The notes beneath the pieces were generated by a model that saw nothing but the letters and a program-made list of their open reading frames with translations, was not told where the DNA came from and searched no databases. From Flectonema sp. DT1601 (Eukaryota): a DNA stretch of 64,000 nucleotides. The DNA is taken from contig OZ025788.1 of assembly GCA_964019425.1 (NCBI GenBank), positions 1,054,001-1,118,000 of the forward strand, read 5' to 3'. Positions within the stretch are counted from its first letter, which is position 1; every line of letters begins with the position of its first letter. Made by a program: the position numbers and the translations under genes. This document shows positions 11,627 to 23,222 of the stretch, in pieces.

Positions 11627-13471
11627 CTACAGATCAACTTCACCACTGACGACACGGTCAGTAAGGGTCTTGGCATCACCACTTCCAGTGTTGATTACGG
11701 CGTTACCGTTGATGATGACTCCTGGTCCGAAGGTCATCTTTGCTGATCCAACGATGTCTAGAGTTCTGCAGTCCTTCAAAGAAGGAACGTTAGCATAGTT
11801 GTCACAAAGGGCTTCCATTTCAGGGACCATCTTGTAAGCATCTCCTAAGTTCACTGCAGGTGGGTTTCCTTGGCACTGATCAACTAACTTTACAATGTTT
11901 CCTTCAACTTCATAGGCATCAGAGTGGATAGCAAATAAATCACTGCAGGTCTTTACTGGAGCAAAACGGTTTCTGGTAACACAAATGGCTTCAGCATCAG
12001 TTCCGAAAAGAGCAATAGCGGAACCCATTGCACTCTCAAGTTGGTACACTTTGCGGGATGTAGCGTCAGTTGGGTCGACAGTCTTCACGTTTCTAATAAG
12101 AGGAAGCTTCATAGCACCATCATTAGCCTGCATCATTGCAAACAACTTTGGGATGTTCAACCAAAGGTTGTTTGTGTTGAAGTACTTGTGAGTAGCAATG
12201 TTCTGGAACATTCCAACGTCTTCCTTGGCACACTGACCAGATTCTCTTAGAACGTATCCATCTCCCTTCTTTGCAAGATGTCCTCCCTTTTTGTCAGCCT
12301 CAGCCCTTTCAGCAACCTCCATCAGGAATCCCTTACCACTGTTAGCAAAGTGACTCAAGATTGCCTTATCCATGGTTGCTCCAAGGTTGTCTGAGTTGGA
12401 CACAAACATGTATTCCTTTCCGTCAGCTACTAACTCTTGGAGCTGTTTGTTGTTTATTTTGTCTTCTCTGAAAGTGATATTTTTCAAATTCACAGGCAGA
12501 ATGAAAGACAACATCAAACTCAAGTCTAAAATAAGTCATTTCATACCTTTCCACTTCCGTATAAGGCGGCGTACAGGTCTCCGTGACCTGGCGGGCACCA
12601 ACGAAGGTTTTCGTCAGCGTGTTTGGCAGGCTGTTGTGTTGAGTTGAGTTAACGTGAAGTAAAGAAACATAATTATTTTCATAACATAACATACCTCCAT
12701 AGTTGCGGCGTCAATCTTGATGACCTTGTTCTGAAGAAGGTTGATCTTGTTCCAGTTTCCAAGTGCTGGGTTGGCCTCAATAACCTTCTTCGCTTCTTCC
12801 TCAGTGGAGAAGGAGTTCATGAGCATAAACTCACATGATGGGGCAGTCTCTTTCAATTCCTCAACCTGCTTGACGATGAAATCCATGAAGGTTTTTCCAT
12901 CTCTTACAACGAGTGATGACTTTGGTCCAGTGAGTCCCATACCTGTTCCAAGTCCTCCATTCAACTTAAGAACAACAGTCTTTGATAGAAGAATATCAGA
13001 ACCTTCATCAGCCTTGAGTTCACTAACATTGGTAACTTTATCGACAGGTTTGATTGAGGATTCCTTAATAATACCAGTGTCTCCACCTACCAAAGCATCG
13101 TAGCTCGCAGTGAATGCCTTGATGCACGCGTCGTTAGCTTGGCCACTAAGCCTAGCTTTCTCCATCTCGAGAAGAACACGTTGCTTTTCATCAGCTCTTC
13201 CTGACAGCTGTCCCTGCTCACGGACTGGAGCATTCTTTGGGGCAGCTGGCTTTGCTGCTGCTGGTTTCTTGACCTCCTGCTTTGGAGCTTCCTTCTTTGG
13301 CTCCTCTTTCTTTGGCTCCTCCTTCTTTGGTTCCGGCTTCTTCTCCTCAACCTTTGGTACCTCCTCGGTCTTCTCTACGGCCTTTGGGGCTTCCTTCTCC
13401 TCCTTTTTAGGAGCAGAGGCAGTTGGCTTACTGCTCTTGGTTGGTGCTGGCTTACTGTCAGAGCAACCCAT
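11627..13471 (-). CDS. UGP: UTP-glucose-1-phosphate uridylyltransferase, 3 exons (13471-12695, 12630-12547, 12442-11627)
   Basis: Exon 1 has 'LKLNGGLGTGMGLTGPKS'. Exon 2, read manually, is PAKHADENLRWCPPGHGDLYAALYGSGK. Exon 3 has 'YMFVSNSDNLGA', 'FNTNNLW', 'RFAPVK'. Two phase-0 GT-AG introns (64 and 104 nt) join them in frame. Confidence 0.95.
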
Positions 13472-13917
13472 TTAGTTGATTCAAGATAATAATTTAACTG
13501 AGAAAGGTAAATAAAGATATTGATAATGAAGGATAACTTCATACTACGGCACGGAGTACCCTGTCTGTAGAACTTGTGTTGAATATAATGACACAAGAGA
13601 CTAATATGAAACATCAATAACGACAGATGGCACCAGATGGCTAGGGTTAGGTACGAAGTAACATAAATAAAATAAAATTTCTTCTTCAATACGATGGGAG
13701 AAAGTCATCAGCTTTACGAATCCTCGGAGTGGTGAGTGAAACATTGTCATGAACGAAAATAGTTAGTTTCCAAGATGCGAGTCCGACTTAAGGAGTCATA
13801 TCGGAGAGAAGTTGACCGCACTTTGAGAACTCCTTGGAAAGGGAAAGTAGTAAATAGCTGAAAGTAGACAAAAAAAAGGAAAAGTAGATAAAGAAAGGAA
13901 AGAGTACTTCTGCAGTA

Positions 13918-14637
13918 CTAACTAACTGGTGTAAGGACTGGGACACCTCGTCGAGCAAATCTACGGCCTCCTGAAGCCAGTCTGGTTAATCTTTTTTCAG
14001 CCTTTATTCTTTCCTTGTCTTCTTTGTTCAAAATCTTTTGCTGAACTTTTATATCCTTTTTAATTTGTTTCTCGGCGGCTCTCACCTCTTTTAGTTGTTG
14101 TTTCTCTTCGCGACGGATGTTCTTCCCGATTTCTTTTTCGATGTTGGCTGCCCGGCGCATGTCACCAGCATCTCGGGCAACTTGCAGCATTTGACTCAAT
14201 CTGTTGTTTGTTTCTTCGATTAAGGAAGGCTGCTGAAGAACATTACTTCCAGGAATTGGTGCAACAGGTGCTGTGACGCCTACATTTCCAATAGAACTTG
14301 CTGGTACTGGTAGGTATAACAGATCATAACCCGCAGGAAGTGGTGGTGCACTTACAGGAACTGGTAGAGGACCGACACCAGGAACAGCTGCTGCGACAGG
14401 TGCCGCGACATCTCCGACAGTTGGCATTACAGCCAAGGCTTCCATGAGTCCATAATTTGGAGTTATTTCCGTTGCGCTTACCACTCTACATATCGGACAC
14501 CTTACAAACCTCTCGTTGTCTAATAAACTCTCGAGATCAGCCCTACAAAAAGAATGACCACACGATAGTGAACACGGTACCCGTAGTCCTTCAGTAGTAT
14601 ATTCTTCTAAGCAAACAGGACAACATAACTGAGACAT
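13918..14637 (-). CDS. N-terminal RING-HC finger protein with C-terminal basic coiled coil
   Basis: CPVC...SCGHSFCRAD...CPICR; the sixth ligand is Asp instead of Cys. Confidence 0.8.
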   Translation of the reverse strand: MSQLCCPVCLEEYTTEGLRVPCSLSCGHSFCRADLESLLDNERFVRCPICRVVSATEITPNYGLMEALAVMPTVGDVAAPVAAAVPGVGPLPVPVSAPPLPAGYDLLYLPVPASSIGNVGVTAPVAPIPGSNVLQQPSLIEETNNRLSQMLQVARDAGDMRRAANIEKEIGKNIRREEKQQLKEVRAAEKQIKKDIKVQQKILNKEDKERIKAEKRLTRLASGGRRFARRGVPVLTPVS

Positions 14638-14946
14638 AGTTGGGTGTGAAGCTGAGAGAACAGATTCGAAAGAGATTTACTTTTCCTTTGCTAATCAATT
14701 CCATAAAGTCTGCTGCTCATCATTGCGAAAGTGACCTGCTATTGAATATGTTACGTTAGTTTACCAACAATAATAAAACAGCTACGACAGAAGCAGCTAA
14801 ACACAAAGCGAAGCAACAGATACGGATGTGATCACGCAATAATTCTTGTTTTCGTTTCATTTATTTTTCCAAGAGTATACTTTTACTTGGGACTCAGTCG
14901 GTCCACTACAACTGTAGCAGAATACCTTTTAGTGAGAAAAACAAGA

Positions 14947-14985
<39 letters not shown>

Positions 14986-15807
14986 TACCAACAAACGAAG
15001 AACCCAACGATAATAAAACGAGAAAAACTGCAGTGAGAGGAATTTAAAACATTAAATAAATATCTGATGGTAGGGGGGGACTTGGATAAATAAATCAAAT
15101 GCTGGGGAGGGGGGCATCAGGACCCTACGATATGGGCAATAAAAAAAGGGCAGCAAAACTCGGCAAACAGAGAGGGAGTATAATCACTTAACTCAATTTA
15201 ACGTCAGCAATGACGCTACTTTTTTTTCTTTTTTTTTTTTCTTAAATTTAGCCAAAAGTAATGTTAGTATAGGTAAACTCTCCGCAGGTGACGTAAAGGA
15301 CTCAATATTAATAGTTGCATTACGGAATCGGGTTATTCAAATTACTTTAATAGCCGTGAGTCCCGGGGGTATAATGTAACACGGCAGAGTGTAGGAATCA
15401 CCTAATTACTAACAGAGGGGGAGCGAATTGAGTGAAGCCGCATTTCGCAGCGTGTAAATGAAAAAAGCAAATGAAGGGGAAAGGGTGAAAGAGGCAGAAG
15501 AAATAATCACGCACTCTAACTACATAATAATTGTGGAGAAGTTTTTTGTGTAAATGTTCAGCAGTAAGACACGCACCAAACCAAAATAATAATTGCAAAT
15601 AAATAAGAAAATAAAGACACAGATTAATAATATTTCCTGAAAAGTGAAATTACGAATGCAATGAAAACCAGCGACCAATAGCTTTAGCGAACAAGTCAAG
15701 CGGTCACTACATGAATGAATGAAGGGAAGCATAATTGTGGTTAGATTTTTGAACTTGGGCAAACCGCCTCAAGCGATCATCACGTACACCCACAAATTAT
15801 TTCATGC

Positions 15808-17116
15808 CTACGGATATTGGGCGCCTTGCCTCTCCTCTGCAAGATTGCGCATCATGTCCCTGTGTCTCGCTTTATTTATTTGTATTTCGCGGTACAGGCG
15901 CTGTTCGTCTTCTCGCAATTTCTGAATTAATTCAGCCTGTCGCCTGTTGAATGCTAGTTTGGTGTCCCGTTGCCGTTTTGTGTCCGCAGCGAGAATTGCA
16001 GAAATCCTCTGCTGCTGATAAAGTTCCTGCTGGCGATCTAATTCTTCTTTTGATTTGCGTTCGCGAGAGCGGAGTTTACGTTCGACTTCCTGTTCTAACT
16101 TGAGCTCATCAATTCGATCACGAGCCCGTTTTACAGCAGCTTCTGTTTCTCTAATTCTGTCGACATGACTTTGAACTGGGTTAGGTGGATTACTTCTCTG
16201 AAAGAGTTTCTTATCATCTGATCTCTCACTTCTTTTTCTCTTCGTATTTGAGCGACTTTGACCCTCTGGAGGATCTAATTTAATCGGGTGCGGTGTCTTT
16301 GACTTTTGATAGTTTCTGTGATAGCCTCCAGCTGCTGTCGATTTTTCCTTCTTTGGGGGAGTTGGTGGAGAAGGGGGGGTAGCCTTTGCAGGTTCCTCTG
16401 ACATCTTTCGATACCAGTCTTGGAATTTCATATTTTGATTCATAAAGTCTTGATGATGTTTTCTGCGCTGTTCTTCTTGTTTCGCTCGGCGATCTGCCAT
16501 TTCCTGACGTAGTTTTCGTTCTGTGTGAGGGGAATATCTTCTTCCTTCACCAGCATTATTATTTCTAAAGTGACTAAACCATGATGGGTCTAGTGGAGTT
16601 TCATGAGATGAAGTAGCTGCTCCTCTTTTGCCCTCACGCTTGGCAAAGTCATCAAACCCACTACGAGCATCGAGATTGACGTCGTGTTTCTTTCGCTGAT
16701 CGGATGAATTCAACACCTGTTTTGTGTTGGTGTTGATTCTTAACTATTCCAAATGAGTGATTACAAAAATAATCTGCCAACTTCACAAATTACAATAATA
16801 GTATTCATTACTTTTTTTACTTTGTTTGTGCGCAACCGATTGGTCGCCTAAAACGAAGAAGGTCAAGTTAGTTGGTAGCGAAGAAAATCGTTAATTCCGA
16901 GTCGATTGGTGGCAGTTTGAATTGACAGGGAAAATAAGCTCTTTTACAAACCTGGTAAGCGCTCACTATTTTCTTAAACATAGACTCTCCTAAGGGGTTC
17001 TTATCGGGGTGATGCTGCATTGCTTTTCGCTTGTAAGCGGTGCGAATTTGTTTTTTTGTAGCCCCTCTTACCACACCCAGAACCTCATAATAATTTAGAG
17101 TTGCAGGACGAGACAT
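15808..17116 (-). CDS. DnaJ-domain protein, 2 exons (17116-16952, 16716-15808)
   Basis: 'NYYEVLGV...IRTAYKRKAMQHHPDKNP...FKKIVSAYQ|VLNSSDQRKKHD': a GT-AG intron completes the J domain, followed by a charged coiled-coil tail. Confidence 0.88.
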
Positions 17117-17399
17117 ATTTATGATCTGACTACTACGGGGTGAGGAAATAGTTTTTATCTTTTTTTTTGTTTTTTTTGTCCTTTCACAAAACACACAAAA
17201 ATAAAACCTAATTGATATCGGCCACCGATGGCCATAAACTGACAAAGTCTCTCAGGACTGTTTTTTTCTTTTTTTTTTTTTTTTGAATTTATAACAAAAA
17301 TCCTGCTACTAAGTAGCCCAATATTCCAAGCCTTTGTTAGTGTTGCTGGGCATCAACAGCTATAGATGTGTTGTACGATTCATCTACAACAGGTCACTT

Positions 17400-17774
17400 C
17401 TACACAGCTTTGGCATCCTGCTCGTTTGCCTTCTTTTCAAACTGCTCTCTCATCTGCGTGTGTTTGTTGTTATGTATTTTGTTATAGAAAAATGAGAAAC
17501 TGACAGCACGTTAATATGTGTAATAAGACTAATCACAAACCTTAATTTCAAATTGGTGACGGAAATGTTTGTGAAATGCTTGTCTTGTTCTTATATACTC
17601 AAGGACACATCTTCTCTCTCGGTCACCGAGAACGGGTTCTGTATGTTTGTCGAACTCTGGAGTAACACATTTATCATACGCTCCATCAACTGTTTGCATT
17701 AATGCTCTCAGTTCGAACTTTGAGTGCTCAAGTTGGTGAGTTTCCTCAAAATACTTTCCTGGCTGATTACCCAT
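17400..17774 (-). CDS. Small Tim (Tim9/Tim10-like) chaperone-like protein, 2 exons (17774-17541, 17453-17400)
   Basis: About 95 aa with 'AYDKCV...LGDRERRCVLEY', the small-Tim spacing with only the inner Cys pair. A GT-AG intron leads to exon 2 MREQFEKKANEQDAKAV*. Confidence 0.6.
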
Positions 17775-18290
17775 TTCTTAGGGCACACCTGAAAAGTGAT
17801 ATCTGAAGGGTGAAACTTTGACAATGTAAAAACAGTAACTACTTAAAATATTAATACAAAATAATTAGATGTAATGGTGACTCTAACTTCGAATGCCAAA
17901 GACTAGTTTTCATTGTTCTGAAATTTATACACCTGTTAACAGAGGAATAAAAACATTTTTTTATAAAACTGATGTAGGTATAAACTTAATCCCCTTTTTT
18001 TTTTCTTTCTTTCTTTTTCCTCCTCTGAGCCTTAGGCTAAGGAAGCAGATAATCACTGGCTCCAAAAAAGAAAAAAAAGAAAAGAAGCTAAAATAATAGC
18101 GACGAGTAGCTTCTTTTATTTCAAAAAACACTTGGCTTTGTATAGTATTATATTTTTTTTTTCTATTTTTTTTTTTTTCGTTAGTACAATTCGAGCGTTC
18201 CTTGTTTACGTTATTAAGTGAGGGAAGACTAATTCTCATGTTCGTTCGTAGTTTTTTTTTTTTTTTTTCTTCTTTTTTTTTCACAGATAT

Positions 18291-19652
18291 TTACTGATAG
18301 CGAAGTTCTCCCAAAATTAATCTGATCCAGTATCCAAAAGGAGAACTTCCCAAATACGATTGATTCTTTGATAAGAAAATCTTAAAAATGAATAAAAACA
18401 TAATTGTCCACATAAACAATCCTCCAGCAGTAACCATAATCTTGAACTGCGAACGTTGTTCTGGTGTGATGTGGAAAACTGAAGTTTTCTTTTGAGTAAA
18501 GTCTAAGAAGGATGGTGTAACAGCATAAGCCGACATCAACATAGAGATCGTAGCAGTTGCTGATAGGATTGCGAGTAGGACAGACTCTCCTCCGTATTGA
18601 GATCTAGATCCCTGAGCAACAGTTGTACGACCAGACCACGGAACGTTATTTAAAATATTCCAATACATTCCTCCCGTTAGTAGACAATAAACAATTAAAG
18701 ACACTCCGTAAACAACAATTGTTCCCCAGACTTCCCACTCTGGACGAAGCTCAACCATTTGATGAACGTCTCCCTTTACAACACAATTCTTTGTGTGAAC
18801 TAATCTCTGTAACTCAACCTTGTTAACATCAAAGAGTTCAACAACACTTCCAAGTCCGAAAATACGACCTAACCAGATGGCACCAGAACCCACAATAATT
18901 AGTATTAATATGTTCTTGAGAAAGTCTTGTGGTTTCTTCTTTTGCTCAAAGTCTCTTGGGACATCTTGTGGACACTCATGCATATGCATTCCTGACTTTA
19001 TACGAAGCCACTTGCACCAGGTGACCATGGAAAAGTCATTATGCGGAGTCAATATACCATATCCTTCATACTCCTGCTCTTCTTGGGTCTGAAGCTGCTT
19101 CTTGCGGCGCTCTCTACGACGAATGGCGTGTTGTTGGGCTTGCATTCCTTTAGTAATAGCTCTCTTTTCATCTAAGTTGCTCTTAATCTGCTTGCGAATT
19201 TCTTTAAACTGACGATCTTCAATAGCCGATGATCCATAGTAAGTTGGCTTTAAGGAACCAGGCTTCACAACTACGAATGCTGGCAAGTGCTTAATACGCA
19301 ACTCTCTCAAGATTCCAGCATTCGCGTGCGATCGAACGACGGAAACCAAATGGAGGGGACCTTCCTCGTTGTAGATTCTTCCCAATCGGTGTTGCTGTTT
19401 GTACGAAGATACAAAGTCTTCGAATTGTTTCTTAGCATAAGGACACGATGGACATTCTCTCCTTTCCTCTGTGGTAATCATAATTCCAACATAGTAGGAT
19501 CTATCGTGAGCATCTCTAATGTGTTCAGCGAACTGATCGTATGAGAGCTCAGTTGGTTCATCGCGACTTCCATCTCCAAATGGTCCGTCAGGATTCTGCC
19601 CTGCCGCTGCCGCGACCAATGCTGCCACGAGGGTAATTAATGTACCCCTCAT
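18291..19652 (-). CDS. OST3/OST6 (MAGT1/TUSC3)-like oligosaccharyltransferase subunit
   Basis: Signal peptide, thioredoxin-like CPSC, four C-terminal TM segments, 'TGGMYWNILNNVPW', 'GSRSQYGGES'. Confidence 0.82.
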   Translation of the reverse strand: MRGTLITLVAALVAAAAGQNPDGPFGDGSRDEPTELSYDQFAEHIRDAHDRSYYVGIMITTEERRECPSCPYAKKQFEDFVSSYKQQHRLGRIYNEEGPLHLVSVVRSHANAGILRELRIKHLPAFVVVKPGSLKPTYYGSSAIEDRQFKEIRKQIKSNLDEKRAITKGMQAQQHAIRRRERRKKQLQTQEEQEYEGYGILTPHNDFSMVTWCKWLRIKSGMHMHECPQDVPRDFEQKKKPQDFLKNILILIIVGSGAIWLGRIFGLGSVVELFDVNKVELQRLVHTKNCVVKGDVHQMVELRPEWEVWGTIVVYGVSLIVYCLLTGGMYWNILNNVPWSGRTTVAQGSRSQYGGESVLLAILSATATISMLMSAYAVTPSFLDFTQKKTSVFHITPEQRSQFKIMVTAGGLFMWTIMFLFIFKIFLSKNQSYLGSSPFGYWIRLILGELRYQ

Positions 19653-20550
19653 AGTTGTTATTTTAGAAACACGTCTATAAATGAAAGTAACTCATCGACT
19701 TCTTGTAGAAACTGGAACCGAACGTGCGTTTGTAATGTAAGCAACTTTCAGTAATTGAATTTGTTGCTTCAGTAAAATGATGGGGAAAAAGTGGTAACCG
19801 AAAATAATTCCCAGCTAAGGTGATGACCGATTAGGGATTGCGTTTTCGTTTTGCTTTTTCTTTTTGGTTTGGGAACGTAGGTCTTTTCAATCAAACAAGG
19901 GCTGCCTTGTTCGTCATTTTTTCCTAAAATTCAAAATGCAAGTAAAAAGGGGCAAATCGAGGGAGGCGAAATTGGATTGTGCGAAACAACGAACACAGAA
20001 AAGCATCAAAGTAATCAGACGACCTAATCAACATCTGTTTCCGTGGTTTTATTGTTGCGAAGGGCGAAAGGCGGGTGTGGAAAAAGAAAGTGAATGAAAA
20101 AAGAAAATGACACTGTCCTGCGCGTTTCCGGACCTTTAACAAAAAAGGCTCTGGGAAGCTGGACGTTATCTCATATTACTCAATGAATACCACTGAACTC
20201 ACACAGACTCACAGTACAGAATGTGCTAACAATTTGGTTACATATGTCTAAGGATAATATCCCTATTCAACATCCTTACTCAAAAAGAGAAGTTGCATTC
20301 AAATTACGGTTTATGACCAAAATAACAACGCTCCAACACAGTTGAGACAAGGGAGGGTAACTTGATACTAGAATAAGGGGGAAGAAATTAAAAGCGGGAA
20401 AACAAATAAAATCAAATTGATTCCTCAAGGGAGAAATTAGACATAAAAGCAACACATTGGCCTGCATAAATGCAAAATATAACTTCTTTCAACGTGTATT
20501 TGTAAAGTGAAAACTTGGCAACGGGAAACACGGCCGTCGATTTTCAAAAA

Positions 20551-22152
20551 CTACATCTCAGTTGGCTGACCCGGAGGTGGGTAGGCACCTGCTTGCGGGT
20601 ATTGGGCTGCTGGGTATTGGGCTGGTGGGTATTGATCCACCGGTGGATATTGCTGAGGAGGTGGGTACTGACCTGGAGGCTGTGCGTATGGCTGGGCCGG
20701 CTGCTGTGTGATGTGCGAATATTCATTAACAGAAGGAGGACACTGAATTCCATTATGAACATCTCCGTATCCCTGTCTGCTTTTCTTGTGACGATGAATG
20801 ATGAAAGATGCAGCACCAACACCAACACAGAAGGTTGCAACCAACGGAACTCCAATGGATGGTCTGTATGCCAACCATGCAATTCCAATAACTAAAAGTG
20901 ACAAAGAAGTTGCTATCACACACGTCACGGCACACAAGATTGCCCCAACAATATCACCAATAACTTCTCCGACACACGGGATTATCTGCGGCGCTACAGC
21001 AATAGGGCTGACCATTAAGTGTAGTCCGAGCCACATTACAAACCATCCAACAAATCTAAGCGCCCATGTCATGGAATTGTTGTCAGATTCTAGGCGATCG
21101 AGGATCTCTTGACCAGTCATGTTTTCGTTGTAAAATGAACCAATTGTGCAATATGAGCATGATGAGTGGTGAGGATTCTGCCACTCTTTAAAGTTGTAAC
21201 GACCATTTGGGTCAACATATTGAACTGCAAGACCTGATGCAGTTCCGGTACTTTTGCTTCTGACTGACCATTCCCATTTAAAAGTTCCCCAATTCTGGTT
21301 TCTAGAATTTGGAAGGTCGTTATCAGACATGCTTGAGCCGCATAGTACTGGGATACCTGGTGTGACTGTTCTCAGGTAGTTACCACAATTATAAGCAGTC
21401 AATCCAATAGTTGTCGAGCCATTCGTTGGCCAAAATCCCGGCATAAGGTTGGCATGTACACTGTTTCCAAACTTCGAAATGACTCCCCTGCTCCAGGAAC
21501 TGACGGCTTTATCTAATACAAATTTATTTTTAAAGTTGCCCCGGGTACAATTCGAAGATCCAAAACAGGCATATGAACTGACTTCATTATCGTTCATATT
21601 CGCATACCATGCTTGAGGAGAGTTACAGATATAACTGTGCCAGTCGCCATTACAATCTTGTTGGGCATGCGGGTTTAGCCATTTCTCTGATGACGTTACC
21701 CATGTTTTTGAATAGTAGTAGTCATCATCATGGCGTGAACTGCTGCCACTGGATTTTTTTTCATGCATGACGTACTGGCTAGCTGATCGCTTCCATGAAA
21801 AAACTTGATCGTAAGAACCATTTACGATACCAGTAGAGATGACACCTCGTAACATGTTGTTGTACGTTGCGTTGTCACTCGGAGTGACTTTACATCCTTC
21901 AAGAGCAACTAGTTTGTTATTATAAATTGGATTTGGTGTACATGCTCCATAATCAAGTTGGTTCATGTCATCACGTGCTAATCCTATTGTCTGAGCTGTC
22001 CAAACACTTCTCTTTTCATTCCATCCTAACAAGACAATTGATCCAATAAATACAAATATTCCAAAGATCGCACCACATAAACTCTCGCGTATCCGCTCTG
22101 CGGGATTGTAGTCGGAGTGTCTAAACCCGAAGAACGATCCGTATCTATCCAT
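20551..22152 (-). CDS. TMEM43-like (DUF1625) membrane protein, paralog 1
   Basis: N-terminal TM followed by 'WNEKR'; C-terminal 'TWALRFVGW...IAWLAYRP'; PPQY-rich tail. Confidence 0.82.
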   Translation of the reverse strand: MDRYGSFFGFRHSDYNPAERIRESLCGAIFGIFVFIGSIVLLGWNEKRSVWTAQTIGLARDDMNQLDYGACTPNPIYNNKLVALEGCKVTPSDNATYNNMLRGVISTGIVNGSYDQVFSWKRSASQYVMHEKKSSGSSSRHDDDYYYSKTWVTSSEKWLNPHAQQDCNGDWHSYICNSPQAWYANMNDNEVSSYACFGSSNCTRGNFKNKFVLDKAVSSWSRGVISKFGNSVHANLMPGFWPTNGSTTIGLTAYNCGNYLRTVTPGIPVLCGSSMSDNDLPNSRNQNWGTFKWEWSVRSKSTGTASGLAVQYVDPNGRYNFKEWQNPHHSSCSYCTIGSFYNENMTGQEILDRLESDNNSMTWALRFVGWFVMWLGLHLMVSPIAVAPQIIPCVGEVIGDIVGAILCAVTCVIATSLSLLVIGIAWLAYRPSIGVPLVATFCVGVGAASFIIHRHKKSRQGYGDVHNGIQCPPSVNEYSHITQQPAQPYAQPPGQYPPPQQYPPVDQYPPAQYPAAQYPQAGAYPPPGQPTEM

Positions 22153-23222
22153 TTTGTTGGTTTTTCTAACCTAGAGAATACCTGAGAAGGATAACAATTC
22201 CAATAAAAAGTAATCCTACAACAGAACGCAATACAATAATACAAAATGCTTTTTTTTTTTTTTTTTTTTTGACATATTTTCTTCGTGTGTCATCTTTTGT
22301 GTGAGGCCATGTAAGAATTGAAGGTTTAAGTTCCGTGCATAATCGAGGCACTGCTGCACAAATTAGTCACAACTTACAAATTAATGCAAAACTGTAAATG
22401 AAACATTCTTGTGGGTAATAAGTTTGAGACCCCAGCAGAAAATGTTTCAGAAATTGGGGTACCTTAGAAATTTGAGAAGTCACAAACTTGCTGTCTGCAG
22501 AATAATTTCGGCTCGACTAATTCCACTGCAGAGATTGAGTTCAATAGAACCTGAATAACCTGACTTGAGTCAGCTTTCAATAAATAGAATATCGGATTTC
22601 AGCCAATAACTACAGCTAATAATAAAACCTAATTACAGAATACAACGAGTTTCCGAAACTGAATAAAAAAAGGTATTCCTTTCACAAAAAAAAAAAAAAA
22701 AAAAAAAGTTCATAGATTTGCCCTCACAAGAATATTTCCCTACAGCAGTGAGGATACAGTTTTTTTTATTTAAAAACTTCAGCATCCCCTGGTATTGACA
22801 TTAAAGAATGCGAACTCCGTCATCCGATGGAAGGAATTACCTGTAGCAAGAGTCCTCGTCATGAATGAAAGCAGATTGCTCAGAGTATTGCCTGCAGATT
22901 GCGTGAGAGAACACTCACATACAAAAAGCCAATGCTAATAAAAATATAAGAAACTAAGATTTTACATGGAAGCGGAAGGCTTCGTTCAGGATTTCGACAA
23001 CAAGAGGGGGGGGGAAAAAATACACAAGACTTAATTGTGAAATCATTTTTCCAGAAACAACAAAAGGACAAGATATACCCAAGTAATTGAACGAAAAGTG
23101 GGTGCAAACGTCATGCAAATAAGTGCAGAGATGCAAAAAATCGAACTTCTAATTACTAACCACATGCTGAAGAGTTACATCAGTAGTTGCTTTAATTAGA
23201 ATATTGAGCCGAGCTTAAAAGT

